Under the pieces are notes generated by a model. It saw only the letters and a list, made by a program, of their open reading frames with translations. It was not told where the DNA came from and made no database searches. This document shows, one piece after another, positions 40,601 through 53,368 of a stretch of DNA of 64,000 nucleotides; positions within the stretch are counted from its first letter, which is position 1; every line of letters begins with the position of its first letter. Source of the DNA: Azolla caroliniana (Eukaryota; Plantae; Polypodiophyta); the NCBI GenBank assembly GCA_043228905.1, contig JBHGNT010000005.1, forward strand, positions 992,001-1,056,000, written 5' to 3'. The position numbers were made by a program, and so were the translations under genes.

Positions 40601-42095
40601 CCCAGTATCTTCACCAAATCGGTTTTAAAATGTCCAAGTCCGATAATTCTCTATTCATCCGGAACGATTTCAGAGGACAACTATTCATCATAATTTATGT
40701 AGACAACTTGGTCATTGGAGGAGAGCACCTTGGGGACATCGAACATACCAAAAGGTTACTCTTCGGTCGATTCAAAATGATCGATATGAAGGAGTTCCAT
40801 TACTTCTTCGGTATCAAAGTAATTCTGACACCAATCGGGTATTGATCTCGCAACAGTACTACATTCTCAACTTGCTCTTCAAGTTTGGGATGACTAAGTG
40901 CAAACCTCTGTCTACCCCCTGTCGATCGAAACCTCAAGCTTGATGCCGACTCGAGAACAGAAGATTGTGAGCCGACTCGAGAACAGAAGATTGTGAGTCG
41001 ACTCAGTATCGTCAACTGATCGGCAACTTAATCTATCTAACCATCACATTACTCGACCTCAACTATTCGGTCGGTCTACTTAGCCAATTCATGCAAAACC
41101 TTCAAAATGTTCAGCTCGATTGCGCTAAGAGAGTACTTAGGTACGTCCGTGGGACGATGGATTTCGACATCTTGTATAAATCAAACACGATCATTCGACT
41201 GGAAGGGTACACAAATTCCGATCAGGCCGGTTACAAAGCTGACAGACAATCCACATCCGGATTCGTCTTCTCACTCGGCAACAGAGCCGTTTTGTGGAGC
41301 AGTAGGAAGGAGCCGATAGTTGCATTGTCGAGCATAGAGGCCGAATACAGGGGCACAGTTGTCGCCGCATGCGAAGCCGTTTGGCTCAAAAGAATCCTAA
41401 AGGATCTACGCATTCACATCGAGGATCTGATTCTCCTGCATTGTGATAACATGAGCATCATCCACCAAGCACATTGAGGTGCACTACCATTTCATCTAAG
41501 AATGTGCCTTGGCTAGAGTTATCGACTTGTGGTACATTAGCATGAATCTACAAACGGCTGACATCTTCACAAAAGCCCTAGGAATCAACAAGCTACGGTA
41601 GTTCGGGACGAACCTCGGTCTCTCGATCACCGATGAGCCACGCTTGCGGGGGAGTACGATGGAATAGAACGATCAACCAACCATTCGAAAAGCCGAAGCC
41701 GATTTAGTCGAATCGAAGTAATACGAAAGCCGAAAGCCGAATCGGATACCGATTTAAACGAATCAAAGATCGAACCGAACCAACCTTTCGACATCCGGAA
41801 GTTGCGTGTTGAGAATCAAACTTAACTCCCCTAGTGTGTGAACACCCCACCACCTACTATCGCATAACTAGTGTGTCATAGAATGTTATAGAATGTTATA
41901 ATTCTATGACACATTTAGTGTAGAAAGAGAATAGACTATATAAGTGCTCTCTCACCTCCCTATAATGTTGTTGGTTATTCTTGTATTCTCCTCCTTGTTA
42001 ATATAGTTTTCTGTATATGTCGAGCTCTGTCTATTTCTCTCCTCACACACAGATATTACTTTTGTTGCAAATAATCACCCTCGTTTATTTACACA
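37602..42095 (+). mobile_element. 5'-truncated degenerate Ty1/copia element F (gag, PR, INT, RT, RNase H, 3' LTR 41807-42095)
   Basis: EGYWGYI..CLGGLAPRF (gag), LRSDGGKEY (INT), NETWDLVP..RYKARLV, LYGVKQAPRAW, IYVDNLVI (RT), STSGFVF..ADIFTKAL (RNase H); many stops and frameshifts; related to copia A. Confidence 0.9.
41807..42095 (+). promoter_or_regulatory. 3' LTR of copia F, a candidate surrogate promoter for LOX-B
   Basis: TGTTGAG...TACACA with tatataag at 41937-41944, sense to LOX-B and ending 30 bp before ATG 42126. Promoter activity is inferred only. Confidence 0.4.
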
Positions 42096-42125
42096 ACTAA
42101 AACCACTCGTACATATATATATATA

Positions 42126-45100
42126 ATGCATTCGACTATTCGGCCTACTCTCATTCGGCCTCTCGGCCGATTTCGGCTAGCCGACCCCCGTTCGGCCTCT
42201 CGCCTTATTTCGGCCAGCCGACTCCCGTTCGGCCTCTCAGCCGATTTCGGCCAGTCGACTCTCATTCAGCCTCTCGGCCGATTTTCGGCTTTTCAGCCGT
42301 CTCCGCCATCAAGAGGAACAAGCTTCCATAACATTCACAAGGTGAGCAATCTCGGGAAGAAGGCGCGGAGTTTGAATTGTCGTGGTAGCATTAGTGTCGT
42401 GACAATGGCGGGAGGAATGAGTAAATCCGAAAAGGAAGGCGTGTCGAGCTTCATCACGTGGACAGGGAGTGTCTCTGTGCAGAGGCCCAATTTCTTGGTG
42501 TTCAACAACTTCGTGGCGGACGTGTCGGACCGCGTCAAGGATTTGTTCGGGTCCCGGGTCAACCTATGGCTCGTGAGTGTCAATCCTGAGGATCCGACAT
42601 CAGGTGAGCTCTCTCTCATAGGGCTCATGCCATCTTCTCCCTCCCATCCATCATGGTCACACTCACTTTCCATCATTGGGCGGGCCTCCTAAGGGTGTCA
42701 TATCTACCCCCCATTCATTTGACATTGAATCAATGGGTCAATCCTAGTTCAAGTTCCATGGCCTCTCATGATAATGACTCAATCCTAAGGCCCAATGACC
42801 TCCATACATTCAATTCACTCTCTCCAATCAAATTCTTCTCCTTTCTCCGCCCCCCCATTCATCATTGCATTCATTAATCCATTCAATAATGTATGGCCAC
42901 AACTAATTGATATTCTCTTTTGTGACTTGCTTCACATTCGGCTCGCGCGCCCGCCTTGGATGACTACCCCTGCCACCGACCCTCCCATTCTCGCAGAACA
43001 TTACTGCGATTTAATATCTAGAGTTTAACTATCGTGGATGGGTGCTTCACCTTAATAGTGCTCAAAGTTGTCTACTGAGCTGCTACGCTGCCCCAATCCC
43101 TAACCTTATTTGTGATGTTTTCCTTCTTATGTCAGTTGCCTCTCACAAATGCATTAAACCTGACCATATTATGTCCTCTCAATGCTACCTGGATAGATAC
43201 CTACCTGACCATATGTCAGTTGTCTCTAACAAATGCATTAAAACTGAGCATATGTCCTCTCAATGCTACCTGGATATCGGATCTAGCGCATATTTGCAAT
43301 GCCTAGTATTATATCGGGTGGATGGGGTTCTAATTCCAATTTAACAAGAGTGTTAAGACATGATAGAACTCCTACAACCTAAAGGGTTGCTGTAGTCATT
43401 AAAGTTACATGAGTATAAAAATGAGTTTTGTCAAAGAACTCGAGCACATACTTGATCCGACACAATATAGCGCTTGATCGAAGAACAAGTTGATCAAGAT
43501 TGGGAGCATTATCTTTAACATTAGGCTATCATGTCAAGCACTTCGCTTTTCTTCAATATTCTATTTTGGGCCCTTTATCATGCCATCCATCTTTATGTAA
43601 TTCAAGTGTTTCCGATTGAGAGATAGCAAAGCAACAAAAAATAAGCTTACACAAAGATTTTTTGTTCTTTATGTGGTTTCCTAGATCTTCGTATGTATGT
43701 GTGTGTGTGTGTGTGTGGACATGCATTATACCTATACGTAATATGTTGTTGTGAAAGTATGAATTGTTATATGTACATTCATATTATTTGACCGTTTTTT
43801 AACTTTTCCTTCTTTGTCTTCATGATCTTCAACTTTGTGCCACACACACACACACATTACTAAAGCCGCGTCCTTGATTACTAAATGCAAGGAATTAATT
43901 GTAATGTCAACCCCTTTGGTACATGAACATGATAGAGTATAGAGTAGTTGGCCTTGAAGAGTAGAAAAAGGGTTTCCAACAACATAATATACTCCGACCA
44001 TGTGGAATTAGCAAATGGACTTGCTTTCCTCTCCATGATATGTAAAATATTCCTTTTAATTTTTTGATTATTTATGGTGCGTGCTTCCATGCATGCTTAG
44101 GGACAGGAGAAGGCAAGTGCAGCTCTCCGGCTTATCTCGAAAATTGGCCTACTGGACCCGCTAGGTTCTTAGCGGACCAAGAAACTCAATATCTTATTCA
44201 CTTCAAAGTTGAAAAGGACTTTGGCATTCCTGGAGCCATCCTCGTGGAGAATAACCATTCCTATGAGTTCTTGTTGAAAGAGATTAAATTAGAGCTACAA
44301 AATGGGTCGCAAACGATCACGTTCACGTGTAATTCATGGGTGTACAAACCTACCATCGCTGGGGATCGTCGAATATTCTTCAGTAATAAAGTAAGTTTGT
44401 ACTGTAGATGGCACATCTATTTAGAGCTCATACATAAAGTGTCACTATGTTTGTTGTTGAGCACATCATGATATTTTATAAGCAAGGACCCTTATTTTAG
44501 AGAATGTAGCATATTGCAAGATCTCTGGTTGTATCCCTTCTCTACATATAATGCCATCTTCCTCCACATCTATAAGGTTACTCTTTATTTTTGTGTCAAG
44601 GACAACAATAATTTTAATATCTCCTCAAACAAGTGAACCTTGATCCCTTTTCGAGACTATACGAGACCTCCATATATATTTATTTATTTATATGACACAA
44701 TTGTGGATCACCTACCTTTGGGCATCTGATTTATTGGTCCCCAAAATACGTCTTCTTGAATGGTCAACCTATACCAAGTGATGACATAAACAACCATGAA
44801 TTAATGCCATGTTTTACTTATGCATTCCATTTCACTTAACTACAAATGTGACATACTTCAAAGAATTCTATCTACACCAATGCATTGAAAGTACAATTTC
44901 ATGAATGCAATATAAAGTAGCCTTACATTGCTTAAAACATGTTCATCATGATATATTCAATTATAATATTTCCATAAATGTTTGTAGAATTACCTTCCGT
45001 CCCAAACACCACAAGGGTTAAAGGAGCTAAGAAAACAAGAGCTCAAGAACTTGCAAGGTGATGGAACAGGTGAAAGGAAGACTTCAGATCGTGTGTATGA

Positions 45101-48100
45101 TTATGAGGTGTATAATGATTTAGGAAATCCTGACAAAGCTATTGAGCATGCAAGGACAACACTTGGTGGCAATCCGGATTTTCCATATCCTAGGAGATGT
45201 CGAACAGGGCGTCCGGCAACAAAAGTAGGTGCGTGTTCTACAGACATACATACATGCATGCATACACGCATTCATGCAAACATACATGGGTTGACAAATT
45301 AAATGTGAAAAATAAAATTTTGTATGGATGTTGTCATGTTTAATAATGGATCTAAATAATGTATAACATAGTTATATAAATGTTAAAAATCATCTTTGGA
45401 ACCTTGGTCATTTCTTTGTAGGGTTTATTTTAGCCCAAGATGGGTGTCCAATTTAAAGATTGTCCAAATCATACAGTCTTATAGGTTTAGGGAAACCGTA
45501 TGCTATATACACTGCACTTTTTAGTTCCATAAATGCCCATGTAAACCCTGTCTCCAGCAATTATATGTGGTTTTTGAGCATTTGATGTGCTCTTTCCAAG
45601 GATTACATGGGGGCATTTAGGGAAATAATGAATACATGGGAGCAATTAGGAAAACAAACAGCCATGTATTTTCTTAATCTCTAATCAATAACAAACTGTT
45701 TTCATGTTTACTTGTAGACCCAAACGCAGAAACTCCATTGAATATCTTTAATTCCCTATATGTCCCTCGTGATGAGGCATTTGATCTGGTAAAAGGAAAT
45801 TATTTCCTTGGATCGGCCATCAAAGCTTTCGTCCCAACTATTTTACCCTTAATCAAGCAATTGTTAAGACTCAATTTCAATTACAAATCCTTCGACGATG
45901 TTGATAGTCTTTACTCAAGTTCGGCTCTGCGAGATCTAAGAAAGAAAGCTGAAGAAAAGAAGCAAAAACTAAGCCAACGTGAAATCGAGGAATTGGAACG
46001 ATTTCGAGGATTGACCGACCCTAAAGGCGGTGAAAGCAAGCTGTTGAAGTTTCCAGTTCCCGAAATCATCCAAGGTATGATTATATAATACATAATCATC
46101 TAAATTCTAAGGTTTTGGACAAAATCAAATTCATTAAAATGGAAGTTGTGAGTGTTTGTCAATGGATCAACTAAAATATTGAAAATGAAATATTTATGGT
46201 TCTAACTCCATTCTACTTTCACCATGGTCCACATAGTTACTACAACTGCTTGGAGGGATGATCGCGAATTCGCTAGACAAGTGCTCGTGGGTGTTAACCC
46301 AATGGTTATAACAAGACTTGATGTAAGTCTATATCGAGCTTTTGAAAGATGAATTTATAAAGTATGACGTCATTTTTATTGTCGAAATGTTCACATGCTA
46401 GGTCTTCCCACCTACTAGCGATCTAGACCCAAAAATTTATGGATCCACAACTTCATGCATAACAAAAGAAGATGTGGAAAAAAACATGGATGGAGTTAAA
46501 GTGGAAGAGGTAAGAATATGCTTCAGAGTTCAAATCTAAAGATGGGTCATCGTTTCATATGGTGTACAACTTATACAATGATAACATAGTACATACAATG
46601 AGAGACGTTGAGATCAAGTATTGTTCGCTACAAAGCGGGGGGCACACATGCATGTGCTTGTTCATTTTATATATTGTTTGTGCATAAGTAGCATATTCTC
46701 TATGGAAGCACACAACCAAAGATCAAGTGGGGAAAGGAATGAAAAGCAAAGGAAATTTTTCTCTAAATTTGAAATTAACTACCCTTTTCCAGGCTTTGGA
46801 AAAGAAGTTGCTCTACATTGTCGATTATCATGATGTACTACTACCATACATCGAGCGTATAAACAAGGAAAAGGGGAAAATGTATGCAAGCAGAACAATT
46901 TTTTTCCTAAGGAACGATGGGACCTTGAATCCTGTGGCGATTGAATTAAGTCTTCCACAATCAAGCGATGGCCAAGTGGCCGCAAGTAGGAGAGTCTTTA
47001 CACCTCCCACGACATCGACATCGGATCCTTCATGGGAACTAGCTAAAGTTCATATGGTTGTGAATGACTCCGGATACCATGAACTTGTAAGCCATTGGTG
47101 AGTACATGCAGTAAGGTTCCTTCATTCCTCTATACATGTGGAGTGAACTCTTTCTCTCTTTGTGAAAACACACAATTATTTCCCTTATGTCTAGAAAAAA
47201 GTTTCTTGTTACATATCATCAATGAATGAATATTGAGTGGATGGGCAGGTTGCGTACTCATGCAAGCATAGAACCTATAATCATCGCAACAAGGCGCCAA
47301 TTGAGTGCAATGCACCCAATTTACAGTCTCTTGTTACCACACTTTAAAAACAACATGAGAATCAATGCGACTGCACGCAACAATCTTGTCAATAGTTTCT
47401 CTGGGTCTATCCTCGACGGTGGCATCATTGAATATAGTTTCACACCTGGGAAATATTCCATGGAATTGAGCTCCAAAGCTTATAAGAACAATTGGAGACT
47501 TGACCAAGAGTCACTCCCAGCTGATTTGATGAAGAGGTACTAATTTAATTAGGCAGTTCTTTAGAGTAATATACTTCTACTATAATTAATAAATCCCAAA
47601 TTTGGGTACATCCACCAATCCATATATTTCCTTGAAGTTTGTTTCCTAGTTCTGTTTAAAATCTTGATCCTGATGCACCTTACATCAAACCCTTTTGGTG
47701 GAGACCCCGTACTCGAATCTTCAAATAAGTTACGGTCTACGTTTGTAAAATCATAAAGCAAACATTTGATAAATCCGAATCGAAAGTTCATTGCTAAAGT
47801 CTTCTTTTTTTTAAGTTGTTCCGTTAAACTGTAACTTTTGAAGCTGTATTTCTAATTGTTTTTCTTTTAATGTCAGGGGTGTAGCTGAGGTGGATCCTAG
47901 TGCCAAACATGGCTTGAAATTGCTCATTCCGGACTACCCCTATGCCGTGGATGGGCTTGAAATTTGGGACGCCATCAACAATTGGGCGCACGATTATGTG
48001 CGAATATTCTATCCACAAGATTCCGACGTGGCAGATGATGGGGAGCTCCAATCGTGGTGGGCCGAGGTCCGCTACAAAGGGCATGTTGATAAAGCAGGGG

Positions 48101-48636
48101 AGACATGGTGGCCTTCTCTCACGACTTGTCGGGAGCTAGGGGACATGGCGGCTACCATTATGTGGCTCGCATCTGCGCACCATGCTGCGGTTAACTTCGG
48201 ACAATTCGGTTACGGTGGTTACCCGCCCTCGAGACCCTCCATGAGCCGTCTCTTCGTGCCCGAGAAAGGCTCCCCCGAATACGCGAAGCTTGTCAAAGAT
48301 CGTGACACTTACTTCTTTAAAACCATATCGTCTGGCCCCCAAAGCTTGATCGTGATCGCCACACTCGAGATCTTGTCTAACCATGCCCCCAACGAGGAGT
48401 ACATTGGTGATGCCACTCCAGCCATCAATGATACCACGAATCAAGCAGTCCAAGCGGCCCTTGACAAATTCAAGTCTCGCCTTCGTGAGGCCGAGAGGGC
48501 CATCAAAGAACGGAACGATGACCGATCCCTCCTCAATCGGGAAGGTATCAGTGGCATCGATTACGCTATTATGTTCCCTACATCTGGTAAGTCTGGTCTC
48601 AGTGGCCGCGGTATACCAAATAGTGTTTCCATGTGA
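42126..48636 (+). CDS. LOX: Lipoxygenase LOX-B, exons 42126(or 42405)-42603, 44101-44390, 44988-45228, 45718-46074, 46237-46322, 46402-46509, 46793-47097, 47249-47536, 47877-48636; chimeric N-terminus; may be a young pseudogene
   Basis: Internal exon sizes are identical to LOX-A (290/241/357/86/108/305/288), GT-AG sites are retained, no stops seen, His/Asn iron ligands retained; ends GIPNSVSM. Confidence 0.8.
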
Positions 48637-51600
48637 ACACATTGTTAGAATATAAAATAAAGAATAATATTAGTAGGAAAATTAAACATATTATGATAAA
48701 TAAAGTAAGAAATCATTATTCCTAAAATACCTCTCTTTTATAAAAACGTTTTGTAACTACCCTCCTCTTATATATACGCATTGTAACTGCTATGCATATG
48801 GTGTGAGAAATACAACTCTTAGTTTCTTGATCTCTCTCTCCTTGTTATTGTCTTCCTATCTCATGTGTTATTGCTTGATTTCTTACATTGTATTAGAGCA
48901 AAATTAGAGACATCAATCAAAACACAAAACATTTTGTTCTTGGATTTATCCGGACCATCTAAGCAAGATGGAGTTCGAAGAAGAATCAGTATGGTAAGAA
49001 AATATGTAGTTGAGAAACTAACTACTCACAATTACAGGATGTGGAAGACACGGATGGAGTTGATAATGGAGCGTAATAATCTAAAAGATACAATATATGG
49101 TTCCATGAAAATGCATGTACAAGAACCTGGGATGAGCATGTGGAAAAGAAGAGACCTCGATGCTAGAATGGAGATAATAATGCACTTGAGTGACGAGCAA
49201 GTCGATTATGTTTGAAACTTACAAACACAAACGAAATGTGGTAGTATTTGAGGAAGATTCATCAACCATCTGACGGGACAACAAAAAAATTCTTTTAGAT
49301 CATTCATGAACTTACAAATGAAAGAAGGCGAACATATCAACACATTTATAATAAAGTGGGAAAAACAATTAGATACAACCATCTCCTCAGGTAATAATAT
49401 CGATAAAATGCCCAAATGTGAAATTTTAATGGGAGCACTACCAGAATCATGGATGCCTTGTAAGTATTTATAGTGAAAACAAAAATTTTAATTTACAAAA
49501 TTTAGTAGCAAAGCTAAAGCAGGATTAACTACGAAGAAAAAGAGCAAGTCCACAACACAAGGCTAGCCACATGGCCATAGCAGCCTTAATAAGAAATAAT
49601 TGAGGCAACTTTGTGAAACAAAAATTTCAACAGTTTCCAAACAACTAGAAGTTTCAACGATATCTACAATCACATGTAGGTATTGTAATAAACAAGGTCA
49701 TTTTAAAAAAAGATAGTAGAAAGAAGCAATTAGTTCTTAAAAGGAAAGGAAAAAAGTTTTATCCTCAAATTCATAGTGCATCGTTACAAAATGATAATGT
49801 GAGCTAGTGTGAAGAAGATGAAGACAATAATTTTATACAAGCTTTTACAAGTGATGCAAATGAAAGTCAAGTGAATCAAAAGAAAGGCAATGAAAACCTT
49901 TGCTTCTTCGACACTAGGGCGACGCATCACTTGACAAATAACAAAAATATTCTACATAACTACTGCCCCCTTCCACAAGCACTCCAAGTTACATTTGGTG
50001 ACCATGGCACAAAAGTCGCCATTGGCAAAGGGGAAGTACACTTGTCTCTAAACAAATTAAAGACCGTAAGCATTCCAAATGTTTATTATGTTCTAGGTGT
50101 AATTAGAAACTTAATATCCATAAGTGAAGCAACAAAAAATGGAACAATTATTCAATTCAATAATAATTTGCGGTTAAGAGTGACTTGCCCCAAATTTGAA
50201 AGACTCTACCCTTTACAAATGATAGACAAAACTCCTATACAAGCCCTCTTTGTGGCAGGCGTTGCACACATTGATCTTACAATGCTTTGGCATCATCGAC
50301 TCAGGCATCTCAACTCAAAGGCAATAAGTTCATAAATTATTCGAAGGAATTGCAACGGAGTCATTTAGCTATATACAATATGTGAGGGATGCATCTACGG
50401 CAAGGCTCAATGTCAACAGAAGTTTCCAATAGGCAAACTGAAAAGGACGAAAAGACCACTACAACTAATTCATTCAGACTTATGGGGACCGATGCAACCT
50501 CTATCAATACATGGTAACAAGTATTTTATTTCATTTATAGATGACTTCACAAGATTCACGATCTTATATTTTCTTAAGATTCAGAAATCAAGAGCATACA
50601 ATACATTTACAAGTTAGAAAGCATATGTAGGAAAATCGTGAAAGTTATAGAGACATATTAGTCAAAGATTTTGAAGGGGTACCTAACAGAAGAGAACATT
50701 GAATAAAAAATTCTGAAAGTCTGTAGAATTCGGCAACTATACAAATAGAGAATGATTGCTAGAGAGAGATCACACATACATAAATTTTGTTCTATATTGG
50801 TTGTGTAATGTTACATTAGTCAAAAATGGCTTGTTTGTAGAGACGATGGACAAAAAGTTATGTCTCTTCCTTCAATGAAGAGTTTTCTCTAAAGTCTAAT
50901 AATAAATAACTCTTCGCAATTACTTATTTTTCTAATTAATAATAGTATAATATTTAGGTTAAATATTTGCACACTCCCCCTTAAGCTAAATATTATTTTA
51001 TTCAAAAGTATCGTCATTCGAAGAATAGTTTGGCATTGTTAGACCAATCTTTCGGCAACAAGCAGCATGCTTTGTTTGAGGTATTGGCTTTGTTAGAAAA
51101 TCGGCCCATATTAGTGTTGTAGACGCATACTTCAAATCTAGTGTCTTCTCTTCAATTAAGTCTCGTAGAAAATGATGCTTGAAAGAGACATGTCGAATAT
51201 TATCACTCATTTTCGGATTACAAGCTAACTTTAACATGATTGATTATCACAATAAGGATTAGCTTTGAAGTCTTAAACAGGTTAAGTTCTTCAAGTATAG
51301 AATGAATCTATATTACTTCTTTAGCAGCGAGTGGGGCAGCTACATATTCAGTTTTCGTTGAAGATAGAGCGACCGTTGTTTGCTTCTTAGACCTCCATGC
51401 TATAGCGGCTCCGGCGAGACAATATACGAAGCCACTTGTTGACTTATGACCATCAATATCCCCTCCCCAATCCAAATCCGTCCAACCAAACAATTGTAAT
51501 GGATTGGTCCATCCTTCAAGACTCATGTTGACGGACTCTAATTGCGATTTAGAGTAAGTTAACACCATATCTTTTGTTCGTTTTAGGTAACGCCGTGGTC

Positions 51601-52882
51601 ATTTTAAAGCTTGCCAATGTTTCGGTCCGGGATCCTGCATAAATCTTGAAAGAATTGCAGCGGTGAAACACATGCGAAATGTGATACTTTGCAATGTAGG
51701 GCTAAATGTATCTTTGAAGTCGATTCCAGGTATTTGCAAAAAACCACGAGCTACAAGAAGAGCTTTGAAATGTATAATATTTCCATTAGCATCGGTCTTC
51801 TTCCGAAGAACCCACTTACAACTAACAATTTGTCGATCAGGTGGTGGATCGACAAGGCTCCAAGTTTTGTTCTTTAATAAGGCCATCATCTCTTCTTCCA
51901 TGGCTGCTATCCATTTAGGGCCATCGGTACCAGAGAACACTTCTCTAACGGTAATAATCAACTCATTTGTGGTATCCGGCTCTTCTTCAACTATGAGAGG
52001 TCCACAAAGTGTGCCTCGAGTTGGTCGAGTTCCTTATAGATATCAGACAAGGAACGCATACGGCGAGGTGGTGAGTCATTATCATATGGGTTTGGATAGT
52101 CTTGCGAGGATTGTGATTTTGAGTTGATTAAAAAATCACTAGGGATGTCCGGTGATTCAAGATTAAATGGTAGAATGATTTAATGGGTTTGAGGGCTTTC
52201 AAGAGCATGTTGATTACACGTCGAGAAATTTGATAAAGAGAGTTGTAAAGTGTTAAATGTATACAAGTGTGGTGAAGACAAGGTTGATGGAGATTATGTG
52301 TTTGTGATGTCATCATAATGTGTAGAGTTGGATGGTGTGAAACCACAATCAAGATGTGGGTGAATGTAGTTAGTTTGTTTAGGGTTTGTTTAGTGTGGTG
52401 AAGACAAGGTTGATGGAGATTATGTGTTTGTTTTTGTTGGGTAGTTCTTGGAGCAAAGGAGTCGAATGGGAGGAGTTCTTGGAGCAGAGGAGATGGGAGG
52501 AGATGCAATGGGTTGATGTGCAAGAGAGATCCGAGGAGGTGCAAGGGGCTCATCAGCGTGAATAAAAGGGCGACAGATTACAGTACATAACAATCGACAG
52601 CATTAGGGACTTCATCAATGTGAGAGGCGGCGATGATGTTGGCGGCTTTCTTCGATCGATTGCTGGTGGTGATAGCAACGGCATCAACATTCTTTTGTCG
52701 GTGGCCAGTGGGAGTTCTCTTCCAAGGGCGGCGATTATCATCATCAATGTTGTTGTGTTGGTAGCAAAAGGCGGCATCGGCAACGGTGTTGTGTGGGAGT
52801 AGGCAATTGTCCGTAGCAGCAATGTTTTGTTGGTGGCGGCTGTAGTGGCTCTAGTTGGGAGGAGGCGAAAGTCAGCCATAGT

Positions 52883-53368
52883 TAACAATCGGCATGATTC
52901 GGTTTGAACCGAACCGAACCGTGAAACCGCGATTTAACGGCTTAACGGTTTCAACGTTCGGTTCGGTTCAGCTTTAGGTTTTTTAAAACGGTTCAGTTTG
53001 GTTTCAACAGACAAAAACCACAGTTTAAACGGTTTAACGGTTTTAATTTTTAAATTTTTTAAATTTTTTTAAAAAAATTCTAAACAATTTAAAAAATTGC
53101 TTTTAAACAATCTTTTCATTTTTACACCTTATTCTCACATTTTAGAAACATCTTAAAAAAATTTAAAATTCTAAATAATGAAATATTATGAATTTTAAAA
53201 AATTAAAAATTTGACCTATGTTGAAAACTAAAACCGAACCACGAAACTGCGGTTTTTACGGTTTAACAGTTTGAAAAATGTTTAACGGTTTCGCGGTTCG
53301 GTTTGGTTCAGGTTTCAAAAAAATTAAACGGTTTGGTTTGGACCCTCTCGAACTGTTGCCGATTGTTA
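52883..53368. mobile_element. Putative hAT-like MITE
   Basis: 12-bp inverted termini TAACAATCGGCA/TGCCGATTGTTA, near-8-bp TSD gccatagt/gccatacc, subterminal AACCG/CGGTT arrays, AT-rich centre. Confidence 0.6.

Larger units (their letters stand above)
36966..42333 (-). mobile_element. LTR element E inserted in LOX-B exon 1; two partial LTRs remain (36966-~37601 and 42096-42333)
   Basis: TG...CA termini with 5-bp TSD TTCAC (36961-36965 and 42334-42338). A ~50-bp segment (ctaaa.cc..actc.tacata..aatg.attcgactattcggcc) is present in both parts. Strand is inferred. Confidence 0.8.
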
